Assembly: GCF_018977255.1 (NCBI RefSeq)
Contig: NW_024704743.1
Location: 310,001-374,000 of the forward strand
Source of the DNA: Callorhinchus milii
Taxonomy: Eukaryota
Length of the DNA stretch: 64,000 bases
Direction of reading: 5' to 3'
How positions within the stretch are numbered: position 1 is the first letter of the stretch; the number at the start of each line of letters is the position of its first letter. Below the pieces are notes generated by a model. It worked only from the letters and a program-made list of their open reading frames with translations, had not been told where the DNA came from and ran no database searches. Made by a program: the position numbers and the translations under genes. This document shows positions 26,091 through 37,900 of the stretch, one piece after another.

Positions 26091-27589
26091 AACCCCCTCC
26101 CTCAGAGAAATCACGGCGGCAGAGCTGAAAGGGGGGGGATTAATAAGAAGAGTAAATAGCGCGGCAGACATGATTGACCAACAGCGCTGAAAATGGCCAG
26201 GTTTCTATTCCTGTTTAATACGTTTAAATTGGTAACCCAATACAATCAGAGCCTTTTGTGGTTCGAGCAATTATCAAGGTCAATCTCAGGACTCGTGTCC
26301 TTGCCAGTCTCCAGCTCCACCTTATACTGCTGTGTCACACAAATACACAGCACACAAGAGGAGATTTTATGAGAATATCAAACACCACTCCTCGTAAGAA
26401 TTTTATGTTTCACTTAAAATTAAAGAGCGCAGGAAACCTTTAAAAGCCCTCCACGATCAGGTTCCGTGACCTTGTAAAACCCTACCAACCCTCGACTCCC
26501 TCCGCTCTGCAGGCACTGCCCGCTCCACCATCGGAACCCGCACCATCCCTTTAGCCTTTCCTCCACCACCACCTGGAACTCAATCCCGGAGCCCGCGGCC
26601 TCGCTCACTCCTTTGCCTCCTTCAAGGCCGTTCCTCTTTGACTGGGTCTTTGGTCAGTGGGGGAGCAAGCACCAACACAGACACGATAGGGAGAGAAATA
26701 GAGCAGGGAATGGGATTAGAGTAGAAATCCAGCAGGGGAGCAAGCGATTTTTATGGACGTAATGATGTCTGATCAATTCCTGATCAACCTCCAGCCCGAA
26801 GCAGACTTTATTCAAACCAAGCGTGTATTTTCTGCCCAGGAGAACTTGCTGAAGGGGCACTAGGGCACTAGCTGGGTATAGGGATTCTGGTATAGTAATC
26901 TATTCCGAAGGTGATCAACTCCATTATCAGAGAATGAAATGTTTTCGTTCTTGGTCAACCGAGCATATGACACACACAGAAACCCATCACTGTGCTAAGA
27001 GAATCCAAACCAGAAGAAGTTCCATGCATGCCACTTACACATAGAAATTCCCATGTTTGGAATGGAATGTATAATCTCTCTCTCTCCAGATGGACAAATC
27101 CTGCTTAACTAATTCTACAGAGCATAAGGCACAAATTGCTCGCTCTCTTACCTTTTGCACCGTGGAAAATTGCTTCAGATCTCCGTCACTTAGTAACTGG
27201 CTTCAGGTATTCCAATTAATGAGTAGGGTTGGAGGACTTGAAGCCAGTTACTGAGTGACAGAGTCTGGGAAGAAGTTTTCAGTGGTGGAAAAATGCAGGA
27301 GAGCAATACTTAGTACATGAACTCACATTTTTAGAACAACTTACCAACATCTCAGTGTTTCAAAAGTCAAGTGCAGTTGATTGTTTTGTCAAACATGGCA
27401 GTCATTTATGTACAGCAAGGTCCACACAAAACAGCTTAATATTCCTTGCATTTGATATAGTCCCTGTCACATCTTCGAGGCTCAAAGCGCTTCACGTGAT
27501 TTACTGTGACGTGTACATATTGTGAGCAAAATTTAGCAGCCAATTGCGCACAGCAGTGTCCCACAAACAGTCTTGGATTGAGTGAGGGT

Positions 27590-27900
27590 AACGTCAGGGG
27601 GACGTTCCAAAGTGCTGGACAGTCAAGGAACTGGACCTGAGCTGGCGGTAGGGATCAGGGGAAGGGCAGGGAGGGTGGGAAAAGGTGCAGTCGAAGAGGA
27701 GGATCTTCAAATGCGTCTAGAAGGAGAGGCGGACGAGCAGGTGACGTGGAGCAGGCGGAGGGAGTGGACAGGTTGATATGGGGCAAGGATAGGGGTGATG
27801 CAGAGGATGACAAAGCCGCAGAGTTCTGGATGATCTGCAGCTTGCGGACCGAAAGTATGGGAAAGCCGACAAGCAGGGAGTTGGCATAGTCGAGCCTGGA
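27590..27900 (-). mobile_element. L2 LINE 3' fragments
   Basis: Reverse strand encodes SRLDYANSLLVG; L2 3' tail at the left end. Confidence 0.65.
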
Positions 27901-29214
27901 TTTAATAAATATGACAGGTCAAGTTACCGATTTTTTTCAACTAATCTTAGATAAGTGAAAAAAAACTCATCAAAGGTTCTACTTGAAAATGTGCTTTAAA
28001 TGCTTTAAAAATAAAAATCATACCTGTAGCCAGAAATATGCTCGCAAGCCAGAATACTTTAAAACTTTTTGTTTGAAAGGGAATGAGTCAAGTTTTTGAC
28101 AAAAAAAAACTTTGCATTTGACATAGTGCCTTATCACATCGGGGCTTCACAGGTTACATTGTAAAGTGAATTGACTGTGCATTTTGTGGTTGTAAAATGG
28201 TTATGTGGAAAGGGCAAGGATGATAAAAGGGATTGAGTGCTGGCAGAGACCTGAAGGGCTGAATGGCCTTCTTCTGTGTTTATAAACATCTACGGTTCTA
28301 AGGGGTCAAAATGCCTCCGTTTCTGTGTTGTAAAAATTTACGGTTTTTAACATTGCTACTGTGCAAACTGCGTTGTACAATAAACTGCACATAAAGAATG
28401 CGTGCACACATGGATTACAACTAAATGCCCAGTTTCACTGGGGTCTTGTGTCCCTGAAGTTCATCTTGGATACAATCCACATTGTGAGTCAGTCCTGTGG
28501 CCCAGTCATTAAACTGGTGGTTAATGCGGCTGTGTCCTCTGGTTCTATTGTTCAGTACGAGATTAAACAACTTTTTTAATTTGATTTTATTGCTATAATA
28601 AACAATCTTTGGGACATTATATTGTTATATTGCATCTCATTCTTCCAGAATCTCCACCCACCATCTTCCATCACAAGGTCAAGCTATTTTTAATAAGTGG
28701 CTGCCATCCTGGCCTCAACACCCCGCCTGGGAACTTGTTCCAGTCATTATACCCTCTGGATAAAGAAAAGCATTGTGCTGTAATCCCTTCACAACTCTAC
28801 ACTTATGTCATCTTGTTCTATTGTCGTGGGACATCCTCCTGACGTAAAAGGCGCTATAGAAATTAATTTGTTTGTTGGTTGGTGCATCCAATAGTATGTT
28901 CTGGATTGAAATTTGAATCTCATTTAAAATGTTACACACCGACAGAATTCTTCCCTCTCAAGACTGAAAGCCTAGCTTGTCTAGTTGTTGTTGCTGATCG
29001 CTCCAATCCTCCAACAATCGGGATCAGCCTCGTTGGTCTCCCTGCACTGCCTCTAGGACCTTAGGCACTGCATGAGGACGTGGCTACTCTGAAGCTTAGA
29101 TGTCGTAAATAATGAAATGTCTAAAAAGTATTATTCTTAACAGAAGCTACTGAACCATATGCAATACAAGGGCACAGAACAATAGCTCCTAAATCATCAT
29201 AATGATAGTTACTT

Positions 29215-29560
29215 GGTGTCCTGTAGTGATTGGTTAGAGCACTCGCCTTGCGAGCGAGAGGACCTGGGTTCGATTCCCAGGCAGGGCGAAATCTTAGGCA
29301 AGTTTCCTTACGCCACATGGATTTACCTAGCAGTAAGTAGGAACCCAGTTGTTAGTCGATTGGCAGATTGCTTTCCGGAGGTAAATAGCCCTTCAAAAAA
29401 AAATAATAACAATAATTTGGTCAGTCAATCCACGACTGTTTGTGGGACACTGCTGCGCAATTGGCTGCCGCGTTTCACACACAAAATATACAATCAATTC
29501 TCTTCACAGTATATTCTGTGAAGCGCTTTGAGACGTCTCAATGACGTGTAAGGCACTATT
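29215..29560 (+). mobile_element. Near full-length tRNA-derived SINE of the dominant family
   Basis: A-box-like TGGTTAGAGC, B-box GGTTCGATTCC, body ...TTTACCTAGCAGTAAGTAGGAACC..., L2-like tail AAGCGCTTTGAGACGTC; many related copies in the window. Confidence 0.85.
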
Positions 29561-30584
29561 GTATTGTATCGCATTGCCTAATGAACAACCAGTGGCTGTT
29601 AGTGGGGGAAAGAGAGGAGCAGAGAAGCAGAGTCTTTTAGGCCCGTTGTGCAAGGCAATAAGCTAGAAACGGAAGAGTGCAGTCAAACCTCACTATAACT
29701 AATCTCTCGAGACTGGCAGGATCGCCAGTCTCGAGAGATTAGTTATAGTGAGGTTGATCATTATCAAGATCATTATATGAGGACGTTCACTATCGTAACG
29801 TTTAGCTGTCAAAGAGGCAGCCCTCTCCATTGACCTACCGGATTGGCGTTAGAATCATTAAAACTCTGGGTTTGTTAGAAGCGGAATTGATTATAGTGAG
29901 TAATCACTATAATCAATTCTGCGTTTCAGAGTAATATGTGCAATAAAAATGCAAGGTTTTTGCATCTAACCCAGTAGCTGTTACGTGGAACCGTCCCAAG
30001 TGCTTTGCGAGGTGGGCATGGTAGTCTGGTTCCTGATCCAAGTGGGTCTGCGAGGCACTGTTGATGACAGACTAGCAAGTCTGGGTCATCGCCAGGGCTT
30101 GGGAGAGGCAGCAGATCAGTGCAGCGATTCTTCCCACTCAACTTCCCACTCCCTCTTAACCCCGCAAACCACAGCCCCAACGGCAAGCTATGCTGCTTCT
30201 GGTGTTTAGACTCCGTAAAGCTTGGTTCTCAGTCTGTTTTGAATCCGCATCAGCATGGCGATGGGTTTCCATGTGTGTCAGACACGCAATTGATCAAAAT
30301 ATAATGAGAAGCACTGCGTAGCTTCATCAGCCATCGAGTGCTCATTAATTCCCAAACCAACTTGAGAGGGACAAGGTGGCTGAGCGTGAACAAAATGCTT
30401 CTGTATTACCGGTTCTGTCTCTGCAGTCAGCTTGCCACAGTCAGCAGCTCACACTATAAAATGACACTCACACACACACAAACCACCATTAGTTTGTGCA
30501 ATCAACAAATAACACTACCAGCACAATAAATGAAGAAACAGGAGTAATATTCCCCGATTTCAGAGAGACCCAATAATATCAAAT

Positions 30585-31015
30585 AAAAATCCTTGCAGTT
30601 AATGTAGCGCCTCCTCCCGTCGTGAGATGTCTCAAAGCGCTTCACAGGATACGCTGTAAAGTGAATTGATGTATTTTGTGGGTGAAACGCAGCAGTCAAT
30701 ATCCACACAGCAGTATCCCATAAACAGCCATGGGGTGGAGGTTGACGGTCAGGACACCGGGTGAAACTCCTTTCTCTTTCCAATTAGCGATGTGGGATCT
30801 TTAACATGCGCCTGAACAGGCAGACGGGACCTGGTTAATGTCCCATCCAAAGAACAGTGTCTCCATCAATCCCCTCCCCATGCGTTACATTTGAGCATCA
30901 GCTTAGACTATGTGATTCCAAGTCCCAACGTGGGGCTTGAACCCACAACCTTCTGACTCAGAGGTGAGAGATAGAGAGAGAGAGAGAGAGAGCACTACCA
31001 CTGAGCCAGACTGAC
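30585..31015 (-). mobile_element. Second SINE family, Deu-domain-like (SacSINE1/AmnSINE1-like); related copies ~10480-10670 and ~20760-21015
   Basis: Reverse strand reads TGGCTCAGTGGTAG...TCTGAGTCAGAAGGTTGTGGGTTCAAGCCCCAC followed by CCCGTCTGCCTGTTCAGG...TAAAGATCCCAC; family name is from recalled consensus. Confidence 0.6.
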
Positions 31016-32579
31016 ATAATGGAAGCTCGTGCCCACCATTTGCCCCGAGGGGTGTGTGAGGGGGTTCATGAGTGCAGGTTGCAGTATCACACTGGATTCC
31101 TGGGATCATGACGCACTATTAGCAAACTGGGCCTTTAGTGCTGCTATCCAGCAATCCCACTAGAAAGCTAAGGGGCTGCCTTGAAATCCCTGAAATGACT
31201 GAATAATTTTCTGGACAGACGTGGATAGCTATCTGCCTGGGGACGGGATGGGAGAACAGATGGAGATAATCAAAAAGCCGGCTGGAACATGACGGTTCCT
31301 GGTGCCTGGGAACTGAGAGGCCAAAGGAGGAGATTGGTCGGAGATGAATAATGTAGGATGTGAGTTAAGATTAGATAAACTGCTCCAGGGTTGCTGCGGG
31401 AAATGGGGGGCGGAGAGGAGAGAGATTTTCTCAGCAAACTAAACGGGGCTCAGTGGAGCATGTGACGGAGGGGGAATGAATGGTTTATTCTCGTACATAA
31501 CACTGTCTAATTATCTTATATAACATGTGATACCAAAATGCATCAAAGCACTACAGACTCTGTTGATTTATAGGCAAACGAGGCAACCATATGCTGTACA
31601 TGGTAAATCATCACAAACAGCCATGAAAAGAATATCCGATTTATCAGGAACTGACATCTCTCCTCCAAAAGTGTCATGGCATCTTTATCGCCCACCACAG
31701 CAGGTAGTTGGGGCCTCAATTTATCACTTCAGGAGAGGGGTAGACTGACTGTGTGTATTCCCTACTTCAACAACAACTACTTGCAGTGCCTTTGCCTTGC
31801 CTCCTCCCTTTCCTCCTTCAAGGCCGGTCTCAAGACCTTTCTCTTTGACCGTGCCTTCAGCTCCCCTCTCAACTCTCTACCCCCTCCTCGCTCCCTTCCT
31901 TCCCTCCCCCTGACCATTTCCCCCTTGCTCGGATCCTGACCCAACTGTACAGCGCCTTGGGACGTCCTCCCGACGTGAAAGACGCTCAATAAATGGAATC
32001 TTGTTGTTGTTGAGGTCAGCGTCCGGAGCTCTAAGGACGATAAAGCATCGCCGATCAGATAGCTGAATAGATAGCACACAGCTGTACAGCGGCTTACACA
32101 TTAGGAGGATGTCCCAAGGCACGGGAAGGTCAGGGATTTAGACCAGAGCTGGGGGGCGGAGGGCAGGGAGAGTGAAGGTAGGAGGATGGCCAAAGGCGCA
32201 GTCGAAGAGGAGGGTCTTGAGACTTGTCTTGAAGGAGGTAAGGGAGGGGGTGAGGCGAAAGGACAGTGGGATGAAGTTCCAAAAGTGGAGGCATAGAGGC
32301 TGAAGACTTGACCGCTGATGATGGGGAGGGTGTGGTACGCGAAGCAGGCCAGAGACTGCTGAGCGGAGGGAGCAGACAAATTGATATGGGGTTAACAGGG
32401 TCTCAGAGGTCATTAGTGGGTTAAATACAGCGTGACACAGGCAATACCCATGTGCAGGTGGCAGGTGTATGTTGAACACTGTCTGAATCGGAACATTCTG
32501 AAGCAAGGGGACGTCCTCCTGCGACATCTGTAAAGCGCCTGACGTGAAAGGAGTTATACAAGTATCATTTATTGTGGTT

Positions 32580-32860
32580 AAAGAATCTTACAGCACAGGA
32601 GGCCATTCGGCCTATCGTGTCTGTGCCGGTTCTTTGAAGGACCTACCAACCAAGTCCCACTCCTCCACTCTTACCCCATTGTTTTGAAAATATTTTTCCT
32701 TTTTAAGTACCTATCCAATTCCCTTTTGAAAGCTACTATCAAATCTGCTTCCACCACCCTCCCAGGCAGTGCATTCCAGACTGGAACAACTCTCTGGGTA
32801 CAAATAAAAGCTTCTCCTCATCTCCCTTCTGGTTTTTAGATCTGTTCTGAGCATATTGGA
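32580..32860 (-). mobile_element. CR1-type LINE 3' end
   Basis: acagcacaggaggccattcggcc tail and atccaattcccttttgaaag...cagtgcattcca motifs. Confidence 0.65.
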
Positions 32861-33845
32861 TACCTGGCTAACCAAAATAAAAAATGCAACTAGTCTTCCC
32901 CAAGCACTGCTTTTCCCCCACCTCGCCAACCATGTATTGTGTGCCAATAATTGCAAGCTAGTTTGTATTGTGGCATTTCTCTCCCCCTCCCCCCATTCCC
33001 AATTAGGAGCTGTGCTGACTGCCTAAACAGCATTACACAGACACTGGAACAGAGAAAAGACTTTCATTCATCACAGCTGTGAATGTTGAAAAAAGAATCC
33101 CTGTTTGATATCGCATCTACAACACTGATGGGTCTCAAAGCACTTCACAATAATTACTACTAAGCAAATTCTATGTGTTTGTAGTCAAACAAAGCAACAC
33201 ATTTGCATACAAGATCCCACAAACAGCCATAAGGTGAATGACTAATTTTATCAGGATTTTTGGCCAAGACCCCAAACTCCTTTCTCTTTTTAAATCCTCC
33301 ACACGATCTTTAACCCTGTCCTTGGCTGAAATGGAGCAAAAAAAACTGAATCCTGATCAGGTAGATGGAACCTCAGTTTAACGTAACATCTCATTCGAAG
33401 GATGGCACTTCTGACAGAGCAGCATTCCAGTACTACAGAATCAGCATAGCCTGGACTGCAAAACCGAAATTCCAACTTGTGGCTGACATTTTAGTCCAGA
33501 ACTGGGTGATGCTGCATCGCTAGACATGCCATCCCTTGAGTAAGACTTTAAAGTTACCTGACAGCTCTCAGGGTAGGAGAGTTAATCTCCTGTGTCTCAC
33601 CTTCCTCTAAGACTGAATTATTAAAAAGTTGGCTTAATAATAATAATCCTTGCATTTGATATAGCACCTTATCCCGTTGTTGAGAGGTCTCAAAGCGCTT
33701 CACAGAATATACTGTACAGTGAATTGTTTAAGGTTTTGCCTTGGATCCTCTCGCTTGCAAGGCGAGTGCTCTATCCACTAATTTACAGGACTCCTGTAGA
33801 GGAAAGGCCATAGGACTGAGCCAGGCCAGAGCCAGGTGTGCTTAC

Positions 33846-33987
33846 CTGTGAATCTGTCCGTTCTTGTGAAGATAGTCCAGCCCCTCCAGCACCTCCTTCA
33901 TAATGGTTGCAATGACGGCCTCCTCCAGAACCCCAGTCTTGTGGTCTCCTCTGGCCACCACGTGTTTAATAATATCTAACACAGAAC
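33846..33987 (-). CDS. OXSR1: OXSR1 exon 4, 142 bp
   Basis: ttgcag| [47 protein letters not shown] |gtaagc. Confidence 0.96.
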
Positions 33988-34829
33988 CTGCAAAGCACAA
34001 ACACAAAGCAAGGATCACTAGGTTTCTATCAAAAAATTATATGACCCCTTTACCTTAAAAAGGAGTCAGCTACAGGGGTATTGGAAAGGCCAGGTAAATG
34101 GTACCTCTTCACGTCCACTGCCCTGTATCGGCAGCTGGGCTTTCTGGTATTCCATCCCAGAGTCTCTTTGCCTAGCCCCTGCCCTCACCTCTTTCAAGGT
34201 CTGTCTCAATACCTTTCCCTTTGAACCAACTTCGGAGGCTATCTGGCCCATGCAGTTTCTTTGAAAGAGCTACCAATTAGTCCCCGCTCTTACCCCATAG
34301 CCGTGCAAATTTTTCCTTTTCAAGTAACTAACTAATTCCCTTTTGAAAGCTACAATCGAATCTGCTTCCATCACCATTTCCAAATTGTAGCAACTCTGTT
34401 TAAAAAAAATTCTCCTCATCGCTTCTCTGGTTCTTTTGCCAATTATCTTAAATCTATGTCCCTTGGTTACCGATCTACTCCCCATAGGAAACAGTTTCTC
34501 TTTATTTACTCTATCGAAACCCCCACATAATTTTGAACACCTCTGTTAAATCTCCCCTTAACTATCTCTGCTCTAACAATCCCAGCCTCTCTAGTCTCTC
34601 CACATACTCTTAACTTCCCAAGTATCTTTTACCTTTTAAAACAACGCATCCAATTTGAGTTCAAAGAGTTTATAAATAGCTTCTCATCACTTTGTGCTGC
34701 ATGCGGTCGAGAGAAACGAGTGAAGTACAACTGTAATGAGTTGCCTGGCCAAGTTGGCAGAACCAAAGGAATGTGATCTATTAAAGGCCAGAGCTTTCTG
34801 AAGCATCTCAAGATCCTGAACAGACTCAC

Positions 34830-34938
34830 CGCCACTGAGCAGCTTCATCACCAGCCACAGCTCGTCTTTCACCACAAATGAGGTATAGTAGGAAACTATG
34901 TTCCTGTGATGGCACTGGCTCATAGCTTGGATTTCTTT
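34830..34938 (-). CDS. OXSR1: OXSR1 exon 3, 109 bp
   Basis: caacag| [36 protein letters not shown](G) |gtgagt. Confidence 0.96.
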
Positions 34939-37900
34939 CTGTTGAGAAAAGAGCGAGGACGACAATCCATTAGATGTTTACATACCACCTCAGTTCCTGT
35001 CAGTGTTCCTTAAGTGATCACATCTTTTTTCTTTTGAGGGAGAAAAGCCAGAAAAAGCCAAACAACTAACAACTGGTTTCCACTTACTGCTAAATAGGCA
35101 TGTGTGGAGTAATGAAATTTACCTAAGGTTTCACCCTGCCCAGAATTGAACCTGGGTTCGCTCACTTGCAAGGCGAGTGCTCTAACCACTGAGCTACAGG
35201 ACTGCACACTCTAGACTAGAGTGTCGCTCTAGTCTGTGAGGCGAACACCCAAAATGACAGCTTTCATCCCCAGAGACGAAAGTGCTACCTGCTGAGCCAA
35301 GCAGGTGAGTCAGCCCATCAGTCCTCGGATACCACTCTCGGGCAGATAGTTACCCAGTTGTCCAAGTAAACTGAGGATCCTGGTAAATTCTATCAAGGTT
35401 CTGACAGACTGCAGCACTGTAGCTCCCATTATTCAGGCCCGTTAGTGCAACATAAAAATCCTTGGCAGAAATCCTGCCAGAGCAGATTGGCACGTGAGGT
35501 GAGAGACATCTGCCTGACCTGGTTCAGTGAAACGATTGCTAATTAAATGACAGGCCTGTGACTCCCAAACTCGTCGCTTCCAACAAGGGATTGCACATGA
35601 GATAGTTGGATCTGTTTCGTGTTTAAAGGGTTTGCTCTTGTGCTCCCTCCAACTGCCCCCTCTCTCTCCCTCCCGTCGCTGTGTTCAAGGTTCACTTCAT
35701 AACCTATCTCTTCGAATGTGTTTTTGGTCATCTTCTCACCCATTTTTGGCTCCGAGCTCAGTGCCCACCCATGTTAACCGCTTTGGGACATCCTCCCAAA
35801 ATGAAAGGCACTATATAAAGTAAATTTCTATTGTACTCTCTTCCAATGGAACATTTTTTTTCTATTCAAATTAAATCTGCATATAATTTACAAAGATCCG
35901 AACCAGATTTCATCACAAGAGGTTGGGATGAAGAAACTTATATGGTTTGGATCTGGTGAGCAACAAATCAACCCTGTCTCTGTCAGCTTGCCCCTCTTCC
36001 CCACCTTCCCCTAGATTTTACTGTTCATGACAAGTTACTTTACGACCCTATGAGGCGAGTACATTCCTCAGCCTTGGAGAAAAGAACAGCTACAGCCTCG
36101 ATGTGCCAAGTACATTTGGGGGCAGAGTAAAATAAAGCAGATTCCAGCAAAATCACACTGTGGACACACCACATCGCTGCTCAGAGAAACAGCGCACGTG
36201 GGATATATAATATAGTAATCATCCTTGCATTTGAAATAGCACTAATCACGTCTTCGAGACGTCTCACAGAATATACCGCAGTGAATTGACTGTATATTTT
36301 GTGGGATCTCCTCTCTGAATCGCTGGGGGCTTTAATGATTGATGGAGCCTCCCCTGAATCATTTACATCCTACACACTCTTTAATTACAGGAGATGAATG
36401 TGGAAAGCTCAGCAGGAATCTGCGAATGACAGGCCAAACTGGCTCATAGGAGAGACGAGGATGAGCAGCCTGGTCACTCGGGACATGGATGCTTCCTGCT
36501 GAGCTCCCATTAATCCTGCAAGCAAAGCGAGCCGAACAAGCAGTGGGATGTTTGCCAGAATGTGCTCTTCATGGCAAACTATGAGGTTTCCGCTGATTAA
36601 ATTCCAGTAGCTACCGCAACGACTCTATCACTTTCTAGGGGCAATAATCCCTCAAAAAAAATGATTTGGTCACTCAATCCACGACTGTTTGTGGGACGCT
36701 GCTGTGCGTAATTGGCTGTTGCATTTCACCCACAAAATATATAGTCTATTTACTTTACAGTATTCTGTGAAAGGCTTTCAGACGTCTCGGCAATGTGATG
36801 AGGCGCTATATCAAAAGGATTATTATTATTATTATCAACCTGTGCTTAATACAGTACTTTCTGGATTTAAGTAAGCAGGATATGTCCCTTCAGGGCGAGA
36901 GAGTGCACTCCATTTCAGACACAGGGAAATTTCCTTGTGTGGATACATGCGCCCACTCCATCACACAGAAAGAGACACAACAGGAGAGAGCGAACTAGCG
37001 GTATCGAGGATTCAATCACAAAGAGCAGGCCTCTTCATAGTGGTTAGAATCGCAAGCGCGAGGCGCGGGTATGATTCCCCGTAGAGCGAAACATTAGGCA
37101 GAGCAGTTTTCCAGGAGTAATAATCCCATAAAACATTAAAAAAAATATTAATAAGAATTTGGTTACTCGATCCACGACAGAGAAGGCATCAAAAACAAAT
37201 TGTGGTCAGCAACCCCAGATCACCCTATGTGAGCATTCACAAGCCTGTGACCGGGAAGCTTCTTGGATGAAAAGAGGTAAATCAAGAGGAACCTTCCCCC
37301 AAGTGGCTAATCTTTCACGCACGAGTCCAGGCACTAGTGGTGACAGGTTACTCAGCCGTGAAGACTGTTACAGCTGATCCCCATCCTACCCGAACCAGCT
37401 GCCACAACCTTAAACTTTCTTTGGGCGGTATTATCATTATAATAATGATAATCCTTGCACCTGGTTACAGTGCTTTATCACGTCATTGAGACGTCTCAAA
37501 GCACTTTGCAGAATATACTGTAAAGTGTAGTGACTGTGTAATTCATAGGAAAAATCCCTTTATGCCCTGGCACCTCCCTACCTCTCCGACCTGCTTACTC
37601 CCCAATCCATAATGCTGCCTCTGCTCGACTGGCTCCAGCCTCCTGCATGTCCCTCGGGCCCTCCATTCCACCATTGGTGGCCGCACTTTCAGCCACTATG
37701 CAACCCCCACAAAAAAACTTTACTACACTCTGCCTCTATCCCTCCGCCTTGCCCCTTCCTCCTCATCTTCAAATCGCATCTGAAGAACTTCCTCTTCGAC
37801 CGTGCCAACGGTCACCTCCACCAACCCCAGCTCGGCCTCGGCTCAGGCACTGTTGAGCGTTCTGGGACGCTAAACTACGTGGGTGGGGGCAAGTTGTTGT

